Of a stretch of 64,000 nucleotides of DNA, positions 29,405-39,000 are shown one piece after another (position 1 is the first letter of the stretch; each line of letters opens with the position of its first letter). This stretch comes from Planctomycetota bacterium (GTDB lineage Bacteria; Planctomycetota; GCA-002687715; CAIWVZ01): the NCBI GenBank assembly GCA_044222185.1, contig JBGANV010000002.1, positions 576,001 to 640,000 of the forward strand, given 5' to 3'. Below the pieces are notes generated by a model. The model saw only the letters and a list, made by a program, of their open reading frames with translations, was not told where the DNA came from and searched no databases. The translations under genes and the position numbers were made by a program.

Positions 29405-30883
29405 TCAGGCCTCGATCCGGGTGTCGGCCCGGGTCGTCCCGGTCCGCGTCGGGGTTCGCCACGTCCCGTCCAGCAACCGTTTGTAGATGGCAACCAGTTC
29501 CTCGGCGTTGTCCGCCACTGGCTTGATGCGCGGCGGGTTGCCGGCCAAGGTCGGCACCAGGGATCTATCGTTGGCGATCCGCAGCATCTTCCGCGCGAGA
29601 TCATCCTTGTCGCCGAGGCGGAAAGTCCAGCCGTAGTTGTTCGCCTGGGCGAACTCCAGCATCCCGCCCCGATCGGAGACGAGGATGGGCGTCCGGCTCA
29701 TGGCGGCTTCGTTGAGCGTGAGCGGTGCGTTCTCGAACCAGATCGACGGCAGGACGAGCACGTCGATGTTCTGGAGGACCTGGCTCACCTGCTTGTTGTC
29801 GAAGCGACCGTGGAACTTCACGTACGGGCAGTGTGACGACTTCGCCTTCTGCTCCTGGAAGTAGTCGCCGCTCCAGCGGTTGGGGGCGCCGTAGACGTGC
29901 AGTTCGATGTCGACCCGGCCGATCACCGCCTGCAGGAACGCATCCACGAGGACCTGCACGCCTTTCGTCTTGATCACCGACCCCATGAACCCGAAGCGAA
30001 GCCGCGGGCTCGGCGTCTTCGGAAGCTCCTGCACGTACGAGAAGTCCATCCCGTTCGCCGAGTGCATGATCTTGTCCGCGCCGACCCCGAACTTCTGGAC
30101 GAACTCGTCCCGAAGGAAGGCCGATGGCGTGATGAGAAGATCGCACTGGGCGAGCGCCGCCTGCATGTCGTGCCAGCGGTTGATGAACGGATTCGCGCTT
30201 TCCGGCGGTCGATGCGCGGCCGATGGAGCCACGAGGTTCCGGGCCGTCCGGGCGGCGGCGTACAGTGCGGCCCGCGGCCGTCGTCCCGCAACCCCCGGCG
30301 TCGCCGCGACTCGTTCACGGTAGAAGCGGTCGAAGACGTGCCGGACGCCCTTGGGCGACGCGCCATTCGACTGATCGTCGCCCGGGTCCTGCCAGCCGGC
30401 GCCGTAAACGCAGGGACCACACTTGCGGAAGTCGATGGGGTCGCAGATCTGGTAGTCCGTGTAGCACATGCGTTGACCCATGGGACACATGGCCCAGAAG
30501 TCATGCAACGTCATGAGCATCTTGATGCCGCGTTCACGGACAGCGGCTATACAGCCCATGCCCAATCCGACGAGGTGCTGGAAGTGGACGACGTCGGGTT
30601 TCACCTCGTCGAGGAACGCCTCGAAGATCTTGCGGACGTGATCGTCCTGGTAGGACCTGGTCAGCGGCGCCCATTCGAGATCGGCACAGTTGAAGAACCG
30701 GATCTTCAGGCCGTCGCGTTCTTCGTCGTGAATGCGATAGGTCTCGACCTTCGGGTCCTGGAGTCGGGCGAAGACGAAGACCTGGTGGTTGGCTGCCTGC
30801 GCGCGGGCGATGTTGTAGGTGTAGATCGCCGTGCCGGCGAGTTCGTACGGCGGCAGTTCGTGGGAGACGTGGACGATGCGCAT
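29405..30883 (-). CDS. GT4 glycosyltransferase (Cys4-insert type)
   Basis: HELPPYELAGT, TLHDFWAMC, PSIWFENAPLTLNEA. Confidence 0.92.
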   Translation of the reverse strand: MRIVHVSHELPPYELAGTAIYTYNIARAQAANHQVFVFARLQDPKVETYRIHDEERDGLKIRFFNCADLEWAPLTRSYQDDHVRKIFEAFLDEVKPDVVHFQHLVGLGMGCIAAVRERGIKMLMTLHDFWAMCPMGQRMCYTDYQICDPIDFRKCGPCVYGAGWQDPGDDQSNGASPKGVRHVFDRFYRERVAATPGVAGRRPRAALYAAARTARNLVAPSAAHRPPESANPFINRWHDMQAALAQCDLLITPSAFLRDEFVQKFGVGADKIMHSANGMDFSYVQELPKTPSPRLRFGFMGSVIKTKGVQVLVDAFLQAVIGRVDIELHVYGAPNRWSGDYFQEQKAKSSHCPYVKFHGRFDNKQVSQVLQNIDVLVLPSIWFENAPLTLNEAAMSRTPILVSDRGGMLEFAQANNYGWTFRLGDKDDLARKMLRIANDRSLVPTLAGNPPRIKPVADNAEELVAIYKRLLDGTWRTPTRTGTTRADTRIEA

Positions 30884-31078
30884 GGAGGTGCCGGCAAGGG
30901 TGGAGGTCGCGAGCGCGGGGGGTGCACCCGGAAGGCGCCTGTTTTATCGACCGTCTTGCGCCTGCGCCATCCGGTCGGCCGGAAGTCGACATATAATCGC
31001 GCACGAAGCGAGCGCATTTGGCCGCCTGACGTGGCGTACGAACCGACCGGATTCGAGAGGTCCCCTGGGAACGAACGG

Positions 31079-32839
31079 ATGAGAATCCTCTTTGCGTTGC
31101 ACACCTACCTGCCCGCAGGGCGAGGCGGGACGGAGATCCACGTTCATTCCCTGGCGCGGGTCCTGGCCCGCGAGCACGTGGTCCGGGTCGTCTGCCGGGA
31201 AGCAGATCCTCAGAAACCGGACGGGACCGTCACGCGCGACTCCATCGACGGGATCGACGTCGCGCGGATCAACTGCCGGTGGGACCACCCGCCGGAGTTC
31301 GAGTGGATCTACAAGAATCCGACGATCCACAGTCTCTTTGAGAAGGAGCTCGTCGAGTTCAAGCCTGACCTCGTCCACATCCACCACCTCACCGGCCTGT
31401 CGACGACCATCATCGAGACGATCAAGGCCGGCGGGCTCCCGCTGGTCTTCACGCTCCACGACTTCTGGACGATCTGCCCCCGCGGCCAGCGGATGACCAA
31501 GGAACTCACGATCTGCGACGACATCGATCGCAACATCTGCTTCCACTGCCTCACGGGGGTCTGGCCGGAGGTCTTCAGCAACCGCGACTCGCAACGCACC
31601 GTTCTCGACTCACGCGGACGACTTGCGCCGCAGAACCTGGCGGACTTCGACCGCCACATGGCCTACATCCTGGGACTGGTCGACGTGATGATCGCGCCGT
31701 CCTACTTCCACCGTGAGAGGATGCTCGACTTCCCGCTGCCGGGCGAGCGCATCGTGGCGCTGCCCCACGGGCTCGATCACAGCCCCTACCGCGGCGTGGT
31801 CCGCGCGGTCCGACCGGTGAAGCGGATCGGCTTCATCGGGTCCGTGATCCCGGTCAAGGGCTGCCACGTCCTCGTGGATGCGTTCAAGCGCCTTGCGCGG
31901 GCCGATCTCGAACTCCACATCCACGGGGAGGGGTTCCCGTTCCACGACGACCGCAACTACTTCGAGCGGCTGAAATCCCGGGTCATCGGCCAGCGGAACG
32001 TGTTCTTCCACGGGGCGTATCGGCCCTCCGAGCTGCCGCGGATCCTGGCGAACCTGGACATCCTCGTCGTGCCGTCGCTCTGGTGGGAGTCGTTCTGCCT
32101 GACGATTCGGGAGGGCATGCTCGCCGGGCTTCCCGTGATCGCGTCCGACCTGGGCGCCATGCGCGAGGCGCTGGATGGGGAACGCGATGGTCTGCTCTTC
32201 CACGCCGGCGACGCACAGGATCTGGCTGAACGACTCACCGACGTCATCCAGGACGATCATCTGCGCGAGCGGTTGTCGAACCGCGGATCGAACGTGAAGA
32301 CGATCGAACAGTATGCGGCGGAGATCCTGCCGTTGTATGAACGGGCCATGGCCGTGTCGGGAGAACGCGCGGGGACCTTGGTCGTCGCACCGCCGTCATT
32401 CCCCAAGCCGGTCATGCCCGCGGCCGACGCCGCGACGACGTCACCGGCGCCTGCGGCGAGGCCCGCACCGACACCGGCTCCGAAGTCCGTCGATCCGCCG
32501 GTCGCGAGTCCCCCGCCCACGCCGGAAAAGCCGGCGGCGCACCAACAGCCTCCGCCCCCCGCGCCGGCTCCACGCCTTCCGCGCGAGGGCGATCGACCCC
32601 ACCCCGCGCCGCCCCAGCGTCCAGCGTCGGCGCCGCCGCCCCGAGGTTCGGCACCGCCCCGTCCTCACGCTCCGCCCCCGCCACCCATGCCGTTCATTCC
32701 GCGGACGCCTCCGCCGGACACGGAAGACGCCCACGACGCGCCGCCCGCGGGTACGTCACCCACGTCCGCGCCGCGACGCAAGCAGCGCCGCAGTCGGCGT
32801 TCGCGCCGTAGTGCCGATCGCCGAAGCCCGGGTCGGTGA
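31079..32839 (+). CDS. GT4 glycosyltransferase with Pro-rich/Arg-rich C-terminal tail
   Basis: HTYLPAGRGGTE, TLHDFWTIC, PSLWWESFCLTIREG; ATG 31079. Confidence 0.92.
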   Translation: MRILFALHTYLPAGRGGTEIHVHSLARVLAREHVVRVVCREADPQKPDGTVTRDSIDGIDVARINCRWDHPPEFEWIYKNPTIHSLFEKELVEFKPDLVHIHHLTGLSTTIIETIKAGGLPLVFTLHDFWTICPRGQRMTKELTICDDIDRNICFHCLTGVWPEVFSNRDSQRTVLDSRGRLAPQNLADFDRHMAYILGLVDVMIAPSYFHRERMLDFPLPGERIVALPHGLDHSPYRGVVRAVRPVKRIGFIGSVIPVKGCHVLVDAFKRLARADLELHIHGEGFPFHDDRNYFERLKSRVIGQRNVFFHGAYRPSELPRILANLDILVVPSLWWESFCLTIREGMLAGLPVIASDLGAMREALDGERDGLLFHAGDAQDLAERLTDVIQDDHLRERLSNRGSNVKTIEQYAAEILPLYERAMAVSGERAGTLVVAPPSFPKPVMPAADAATTSPAPAARPAPTPAPKSVDPPVASPPPTPEKPAAHQQPPPPAPAPRLPREGDRPHPAPPQRPASAPPPRGSAPPRPHAPPPPPMPFIPRTPPPDTEDAHDAPPAGTSPTSAPRRKQRRSRRSRRSADRRSPGR

Positions 32840-32852
32840 TACCCTCTCCGCC

Positions 32853-33842
32853 GTGTTCCTGAGTGCCGGTTCCGATCGAAAGCCCGACGTCACGGTCTTC
32901 ATCCCGACCTGGAACGGCGGCGAACTGTTCGAAGAGGTCCTTCGCGAGATCACGGCGCAGGAGACGGACTTCGGCTTCGAGGTGCTGGCCATCGACAGCG
33001 GCTCCCGCGACCAGACCCTCGAGCGGCTCGCGCGCCATCGGGTTCGGGTGATCCAGATCCCGAACACCGAGTTCAACCACGGGCTCACGCGCAATCGCGC
33101 GGTGCAGGAGGCCCGAGGCGAGATCGTCGTGCTCACCGTGCAGGACGCGACCCCCGCCGATCGGACGTGGCTCGCGGCGATGGTGGAGCACTTTCGCGAC
33201 CCGCAGGTCGTCGGCGTCTACTGCCATCAGATCCCGCGGCCGGATTGCAGTCCATTCCTCCGCGAGCGGTTGAAGACCTGGGTCCCCGGCGGGGGAGCAC
33301 CGAGCGTGCGATCCGTGGAGTCGCCGGATGCGTTCTGGGCCCTTCACCCGACGGAGCGCTGGCTCCGCGCCGCGTTCGACAACGTCGCATCCGCCGTGCG
33401 GCGGTCGTTCGCGCTCGAACACCCGTTTCAGCGGCGCCAGTTCGGGGAGGACGTCACGTGGTGCAAGGGGGCGATCCTCGCGGGCGGCAAGGTCGTGATG
33501 GATCCACGGGTCGCCGTGATCCACTCGCACCAGAACTCGATCTGGTACGAGTTCAAACGCGCCTACCTGGATCACCAGAACATCAACGATCTGTTTGGAA
33601 CTCGCCTGGCACCCAAACTGCGCAACGTGTTCGAGTACACGGCGACGGCGACACGCCACCTTTGGAAGGTCGTGGCGGCCGATGACACGCTGACGCCGTC
33701 GGCGCGCCTGAAGTGGTGGTCGAAGGTGATCCCGTTCGCATTCACCCAGAACCTCGGGCAGTACCTCGGACCTCTGTCGAACGAGCATGGCCGGCGGGGG
33801 CCGTGGCGTCTGTGGGACCGCATCATGCGGCATCACGTCTGA
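32853..33842 (+). CDS. GT2 glycosyltransferase (rhamnosyltransferase-like)
   Basis: VFIPTWNGG, IDSGSRD, FNHGLTRN, LTVQDA, FGED, HSH. Start codon uncertain (GTG 32853). Confidence 0.88.
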   Translation: MFLSAGSDRKPDVTVFIPTWNGGELFEEVLREITAQETDFGFEVLAIDSGSRDQTLERLARHRVRVIQIPNTEFNHGLTRNRAVQEARGEIVVLTVQDATPADRTWLAAMVEHFRDPQVVGVYCHQIPRPDCSPFLRERLKTWVPGGGAPSVRSVESPDAFWALHPTERWLRAAFDNVASAVRRSFALEHPFQRRQFGEDVTWCKGAILAGGKVVMDPRVAVIHSHQNSIWYEFKRAYLDHQNINDLFGTRLAPKLRNVFEYTATATRHLWKVVAADDTLTPSARLKWWSKVIPFAFTQNLGQYLGPLSNEHGRRGPWRLWDRIMRHHV

Positions 33843-33853
33843 GGGTGGCTGCG

Positions 33854-34969
33854 ATGGACCGGAAACTGCGCATCGCGGTACTCAACCAGCGTGAGGGTGG
33901 CGGAGCGACGGCCGTCGCCCTCGATCTCGCCGCGCAGGCTCGCGAGGCGGGCCACGACGTCGCCTACCTGCCGGGGGCGGAGGCGCTCGACGACCAGGGT
34001 CTCGCGCGCGCCGTCGTCGCGTTTGCTCCGGATCTGGTGCACGCGCACTGCTTCTACAACGCCTGGTCGCCGGAGATCCTGCGATCGTTGTCGCGTTTCT
34101 ACCCCGTCGTGTTCACCGTCCACGACGTCTATCCGGCGAACCAGTACGGGACCGAATGCTGGGAATGCTCGCACAACCGCTTCTGCGTCTGGTGCCCGGC
34201 GTTGCCGGTCCCGAAGCGGCTCTACTCCGTCTACCGCGTGCGCAGCCGACTGAGACGCGATCGAGCCTGGAAGGGCCTGCGGGCGAACGTCGTCTTTCCG
34301 AGTCGATGGATCCGCGCGCGGCTGGCTCAGACCACGCTCGGGCGCCTGCCGGGTCAGGTCGTGCCCTATGGAGTCGACACGCAGCGCTTCGCTCCCGATC
34401 CGGGCGCCAAGGCCGCGCTGCGATGCGACACGCGTCCGGTGATCCTCACCGTCGGCAACATGTACAGCGCCGACGACGATCGGAAGGGATTCGCGGTCCT
34501 GTTTCGCGCCTTCGCCGAGGGCGTACGGTCCGTCGTTCCCGAGGCTCGGCTGGTGGTCCTCGGGAAGGTCCTCGGGTTCGATCCACCGGACGGGTGCGAG
34601 CTGCGCGGCGAGGCGTCGAGCGCTGACGTCGCGCTGTGGCACGCCGCGGCAGATGTTTTCGTGCTTCCATCGCTCGGCGACAACCTGCCGGTCGCGGTCC
34701 TCGAGGCCATGGCTTCCGGAGCCCCGGTGGTGGCGTCCGGCGTCGGGGGAATCCCCGAGGAGGTCGCCCACGAAACGACGGGATTGATCGTTCCGCCCCG
34801 TGATCCGGTCGCCCTGGCCGGCGCCATCGTTCGGCTCCTGCGTGAACCTGACTCCCGACGCAGGATGGGCGCCGCAGGTCGATCACGAGCCGAGGGTGAA
34901 TTCTCTCGCGCGCGGGCGTGGGACACTCACGCCAGGGTGTACGCTTCGGTCGCAGGAGCCCCACCGTGA
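33854..34969 (+). CDS. GT4 glycosyltransferase (WcaC-like)
   Basis: GGGA, TVHD, RKGF, PSLGDNLPVAVLEAMASG. Confidence 0.9.
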   Translation: MDRKLRIAVLNQREGGGATAVALDLAAQAREAGHDVAYLPGAEALDDQGLARAVVAFAPDLVHAHCFYNAWSPEILRSLSRFYPVVFTVHDVYPANQYGTECWECSHNRFCVWCPALPVPKRLYSVYRVRSRLRRDRAWKGLRANVVFPSRWIRARLAQTTLGRLPGQVVPYGVDTQRFAPDPGAKAALRCDTRPVILTVGNMYSADDDRKGFAVLFRAFAEGVRSVVPEARLVVLGKVLGFDPPDGCELRGEASSADVALWHAAADVFVLPSLGDNLPVAVLEAMASGAPVVASGVGGIPEEVAHETTGLIVPPRDPVALAGAIVRLLREPDSRRRMGAAGRSRAEGEFSRARAWDTHARVYASVAGAPP

Positions 34970-35994
34970 CCGTGCACCTCGGATATGTCATCGGCGCCGC
35001 AGACGAACTCACACTCGTTGGGATCGAAGTTCGGGCTCTGCAGGAGCTTGGCGGGCGCGTCACGCTGTTCGACGCAGCGCGGGCGCAGATCGCCAGCGAC
35101 CTCAAAGCCGCGGAGGTGAACTACCTCTTCGGCGATGCGGCGGCTGCCGAGGTGCTGATGGCGGTGTCCGCCGTCGTCGAGTTGCCGTTTTCCATCAGCT
35201 TGAACCCGCGCTCCGTGTCCGCGTTGATCACGGAGCCCGCGCGACTCGTGCGGATTGCCGAGGCCGCCCAGAGCGTCATCGTCGTCACGGAGCACGATCG
35301 CGAGCGGTTGTCCGCGGCACTTCCACCCGAGGCGTCGTCCCTCGAGACGAAGATCGTCCACGTGCCGTTCGGCGTCACCACGCCCACGGACGAGGAGATC
35401 GTCCCCATCGGCAGGCGCCAGGGGATCGCGGGCCTCGGTGGATTCGTGGGCCAGGAGGGCCGCGTCCTCGAACTGCAATGCCTCGCCGGTCTGCTGAAGG
35501 CCGGCGTGGACGCCACCATGGACGTGCTCGCGCCCGCCGACGAGTGGGGCTCGGTGCGAGAGCTCTGCGGGCGTCACGACATGACGCATCGCGTGACGCT
35601 CCACAGCCGGCCCGCCGAGATGGTGGCGCTCCTCGGACAGCGGCGGATCGGGCTCGTGCCCGGTTTCCCGGATGGGACGGCACCGTCGGTCGGGTTCCTG
35701 CGACCTGTGGGCCAGGCCCTTGCCGTGGGGACTCCGCTCGTGGCCGTGGGTTCGGCGTGGGTCTCCGATCTCGTGATGCACGGCGCCGAGGGCTACGTCG
35801 CGCCGCGCCATCACGCCGATGCCGAAGCCCTCGCGCCGGCCATGCGACGGCTGATGCGCGACGACGTGCTTTGGAATCGCTTCTCCGAAGCCGGCCGTCG
35901 CCGCGCGGCACAGCGCTTCGATCTGCACCGCCGGGCGGAGGTCCTCATGGGACTGTTCGGCGGCCGACCTCATTCCGACGCGGGCCTGCGCTGA
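34966..35994 (+). CDS. degenerate GT4-fold protein
   Basis: GTGA overlap with the upstream GT; C-terminal ALAVGTPLVA...DAEALAPAM GT-B signature, but the EX7E motif is absent. Confidence 0.7.
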   Translation: MTVHLGYVIGAADELTLVGIEVRALQELGGRVTLFDAARAQIASDLKAAEVNYLFGDAAAAEVLMAVSAVVELPFSISLNPRSVSALITEPARLVRIAEAAQSVIVVTEHDRERLSAALPPEASSLETKIVHVPFGVTTPTDEEIVPIGRRQGIAGLGGFVGQEGRVLELQCLAGLLKAGVDATMDVLAPADEWGSVRELCGRHDMTHRVTLHSRPAEMVALLGQRRIGLVPGFPDGTAPSVGFLRPVGQALAVGTPLVAVGSAWVSDLVMHGAEGYVAPRHHADAEALAPAMRRLMRDDVLWNRFSEAGRRRAAQRFDLHRRAEVLMGLFGGRPHSDAGLR

Positions 35995-36040
35995 CCGGGC
36001 GACCCGCCGCGCGGCGATGCGCGGCGGGTCCGCTGTCCGA

Positions 36041-39000
36041 TCAGAGCGTTTCGATTCGCGGCCAGCCGAGCTTGAACCCGCCTGGTGCCGTCGCGTCGAG
36101 GTAGGCCACCTGCATCGTGAACGTGACGTTCAACGGCGCCGAAGGCCTCACGAATCCGGGTAGCGTGAACTTCCCCGTCGGCGGATTCGTCAGCGGGTTG
36201 CTTCCCAGGATCGCCGCGGGGTTCGGCGGGCCGAACACCCCGATGCCGTCGAGGATCGGAAGCGTCGCTCCAGGAGTGCCGACGCCGAGCACGAGGTTCG
36301 CCGTGAGATCGGGCCAGTGGAAGACGGGCGCCGGAGCGGCGAAGTCGACGATCAGTGCGAACGGCGCTCCCACGGGCCCACCTTCGATCACCGCCGCGTA
36401 GGACTCGTTCGGCAGCGGGTCGAGGGGGTAGCGGATGACCGTTCCCACGTTGTTGCCGCCAGGGCCCACGGGCACGGCGAACGTGTTGGAGACGGCGAAG
36501 TGCCCGTTTTCGACGACCAACGCGACGGCGCCAGCGCCCCGAGTCTCGGGCACGCCAGGTCCGACCTGGCAGGTCAGGTGCGCCGAGTCGATGAACGTCG
36601 TGGGAAGCGTGGCGATGCCCGCATGGACCACGGACGACGGCAGGAACGCGAGTCCGGTGATCGACAGGGTGACGGGCGGCGAAGCGAGCGTCATCACGGG
36701 GAGCGTCGTCGGAGTCGCCGCCGTGATCCGCGGCGCCGTCACGTCGAACGACGACGCTGCCGACGTCCCGCCACCGGGGGCAGGCGCCGTCACCGTGATC
36801 GCGCCCGTTCCCGGAACGGCGAGCTGGCTGGCCGAGATCGTGACGACGAGGTGGAGCGAATTCACCATGAGCGTGGGGATCGGGGCTCCATTCCACCTGG
36901 CGACGGCGCCGGGGAAGACGGGAGTGGTTCCGTCCATGAAGATGTCCACGTTCGTCGCGGGGCCACCTGCGATCGTCCCCGACGGCGAGACCATCGCGAG
37001 GATCGGTACGGCCGCATTCACCGTGAACGTGGACGTGGACGAGATGCCGCCGCCCGGCGCGGGGTTCTGCACGCGGATCGAGTGGACGCCCGGAGATGCG
37101 AGGAGCGAGGCGGGAAGCGTCAACGTGATCGCCGTCGGCGTGACGGACGTCACGGCGAGGGACGTCGTGACGTCCCAACGCACGTCGCTGAACGCGTTGA
37201 ACCCCGAACCCGCGAGCGTGATGGTCGTCGCGCCCGCGTTCGCCAGGACGGACGTTGGCGTGACGCTCGTGAGCGACGGCGCCGGATTGGCGACGGGCGT
37301 GACGGAGACGGTCGCCGTCGTGCCGGACACCGTGAATCCCGTGCCGCGCCGAACGACGATGGCATGCCACCCGGCCTGGAGCGGAACGCTCGACTGCGTC
37401 CCGAAGCCCGCCGAGAGATCGGCCTGCGCCAGCGGTCGCCAGGCCGCGGACGCGCCCGGCCGGAAGAGGCTCCATGCGAAGCCGCTCGGCCCGGTGACGC
37501 CGAGGTCGTAGGGACCCGGAGTCGTGACGTTGAACTCGAACGTGTACACGGCGGGGAACGGCGAAAGGGTCGCGCTCGACGGCGTGCCCGGCGTCATCGT
37601 GATGACGTTCGACTCGTGCAGCGTGCCGCTCATGGACCCGAGGATGCCCGTGCCCTGGAGGATGCCGTTCGTGGGGGCGATCGTTCCGAGATGGCCGTTC
37701 GCGACGAGGACCGACGTCCCCGCGCCGACGAACGACTGCGCGGCGCCCATGGAGACGCCCCATCCGCCGGCGGTGATGCCGTTGCCCGAGTAGATGCCGA
37801 CGGCGTTCCAGCGCGACGCCGACGGAACCATGGAGAAGGTGTAGGCCGGGGAGTTCACGGCGACCGACGCGCCGGGACCGGCGAGCGTCAGGTGCGACGA
37901 CGACGCGAGCGCCGCCAGGCTGTACGGGAGATCGGTCGTCGACGGCGGCCCGTCATGGACGATGGCGATGGCGTAGGCGCCGGGCTGCAACGTGATCGTC
38001 GTCCCCGCGTCGCCGACGATGCCGCTCGCGATCGCCTGGTTGCGACCGATCCAACCCGCCGTCGTTCCCGGTGCGAAGATGAACCACTTCAGCGAGGGGT
38101 CGCCCGTGATGAGGAAGTCCTCGGTGAGAGGCACGAACGTGATCACTTCGTGCATCTTGATGACGTGACCCGCGGGCAGGGTCGTGACGACGAGGCCACC
38201 GTTTCCGAGCTGCACGGCCGGGGCGAACTCGATCGTTCCGGGGGCCGCGCCGCCCTGACGCACGGCGGTGCCGGTGGTCGGGAAGACGGCGCCGTTGTGG
38301 CCGTTGGCCACGCCAAACTCGGTGATCACCCCCTGGTTCACGCCGCCCGTCGAGCCCAGAAGCAGGCTCCAATCGTTCTGGCCAGCCAAGGCGACGCCAT
38401 TCCAGAACGATGCCGTGGGGGTGAGGACGAAATCCTGGAACTGACCCGCGATCGTCTGCGGTGTGTTGGCCGGCAGTGCGAGCGTCGTCCCCGTCGGAAC
38501 GACCGTCAGTGCGATGTTCGACGGCGTGACGGACGCCGCGTCACCGTCGCGATAGACGATGATGCAGTAGAACCCCGGACTGAGCGGGAACGTAGGCACG
38601 GTGCCGGTGTTGGCCGAACCGGCGGAGATCAGGCTCGTGGTGCGTTGCCACCACCCGGTGCCAGCGCCCGGGCTGTAGAGATGCCAGCTGAGCGACGGAT
38701 CGCCCGTCATCGTGATGTCGTAGTTGCCCGGGGTCGTCACCTGGAACTCGAAGGCGCGGAGGATGTCCCCGTTGGTCCAGGGTTGAACGGCCGTCTGACC
38801 GATCGTGATGGGCGTGGCGCTGCGGAACTGTGCGTGAGCCGTCGCCGAGCCGCTGAAGCGGTGCAGGCTTCCCGAGATCGGCGGCACCGTGCCCACGTGG
38901 CCGTTCGCGAGGAGGAAGTCACAGGTGTTGCCGCCGAACGCCGAGCCGACGTTCTCGCGGAAGATGTCCCAGTCGCTCTGCGACGAGACGCCCACGACGT

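Noticed and set aside
30992-30997. TATAAT between divergent GT genes (also TATACT at 1962 and 58392)
   Set aside because: Plausible -10 boxes, but no properly spaced -35 and no independent support.
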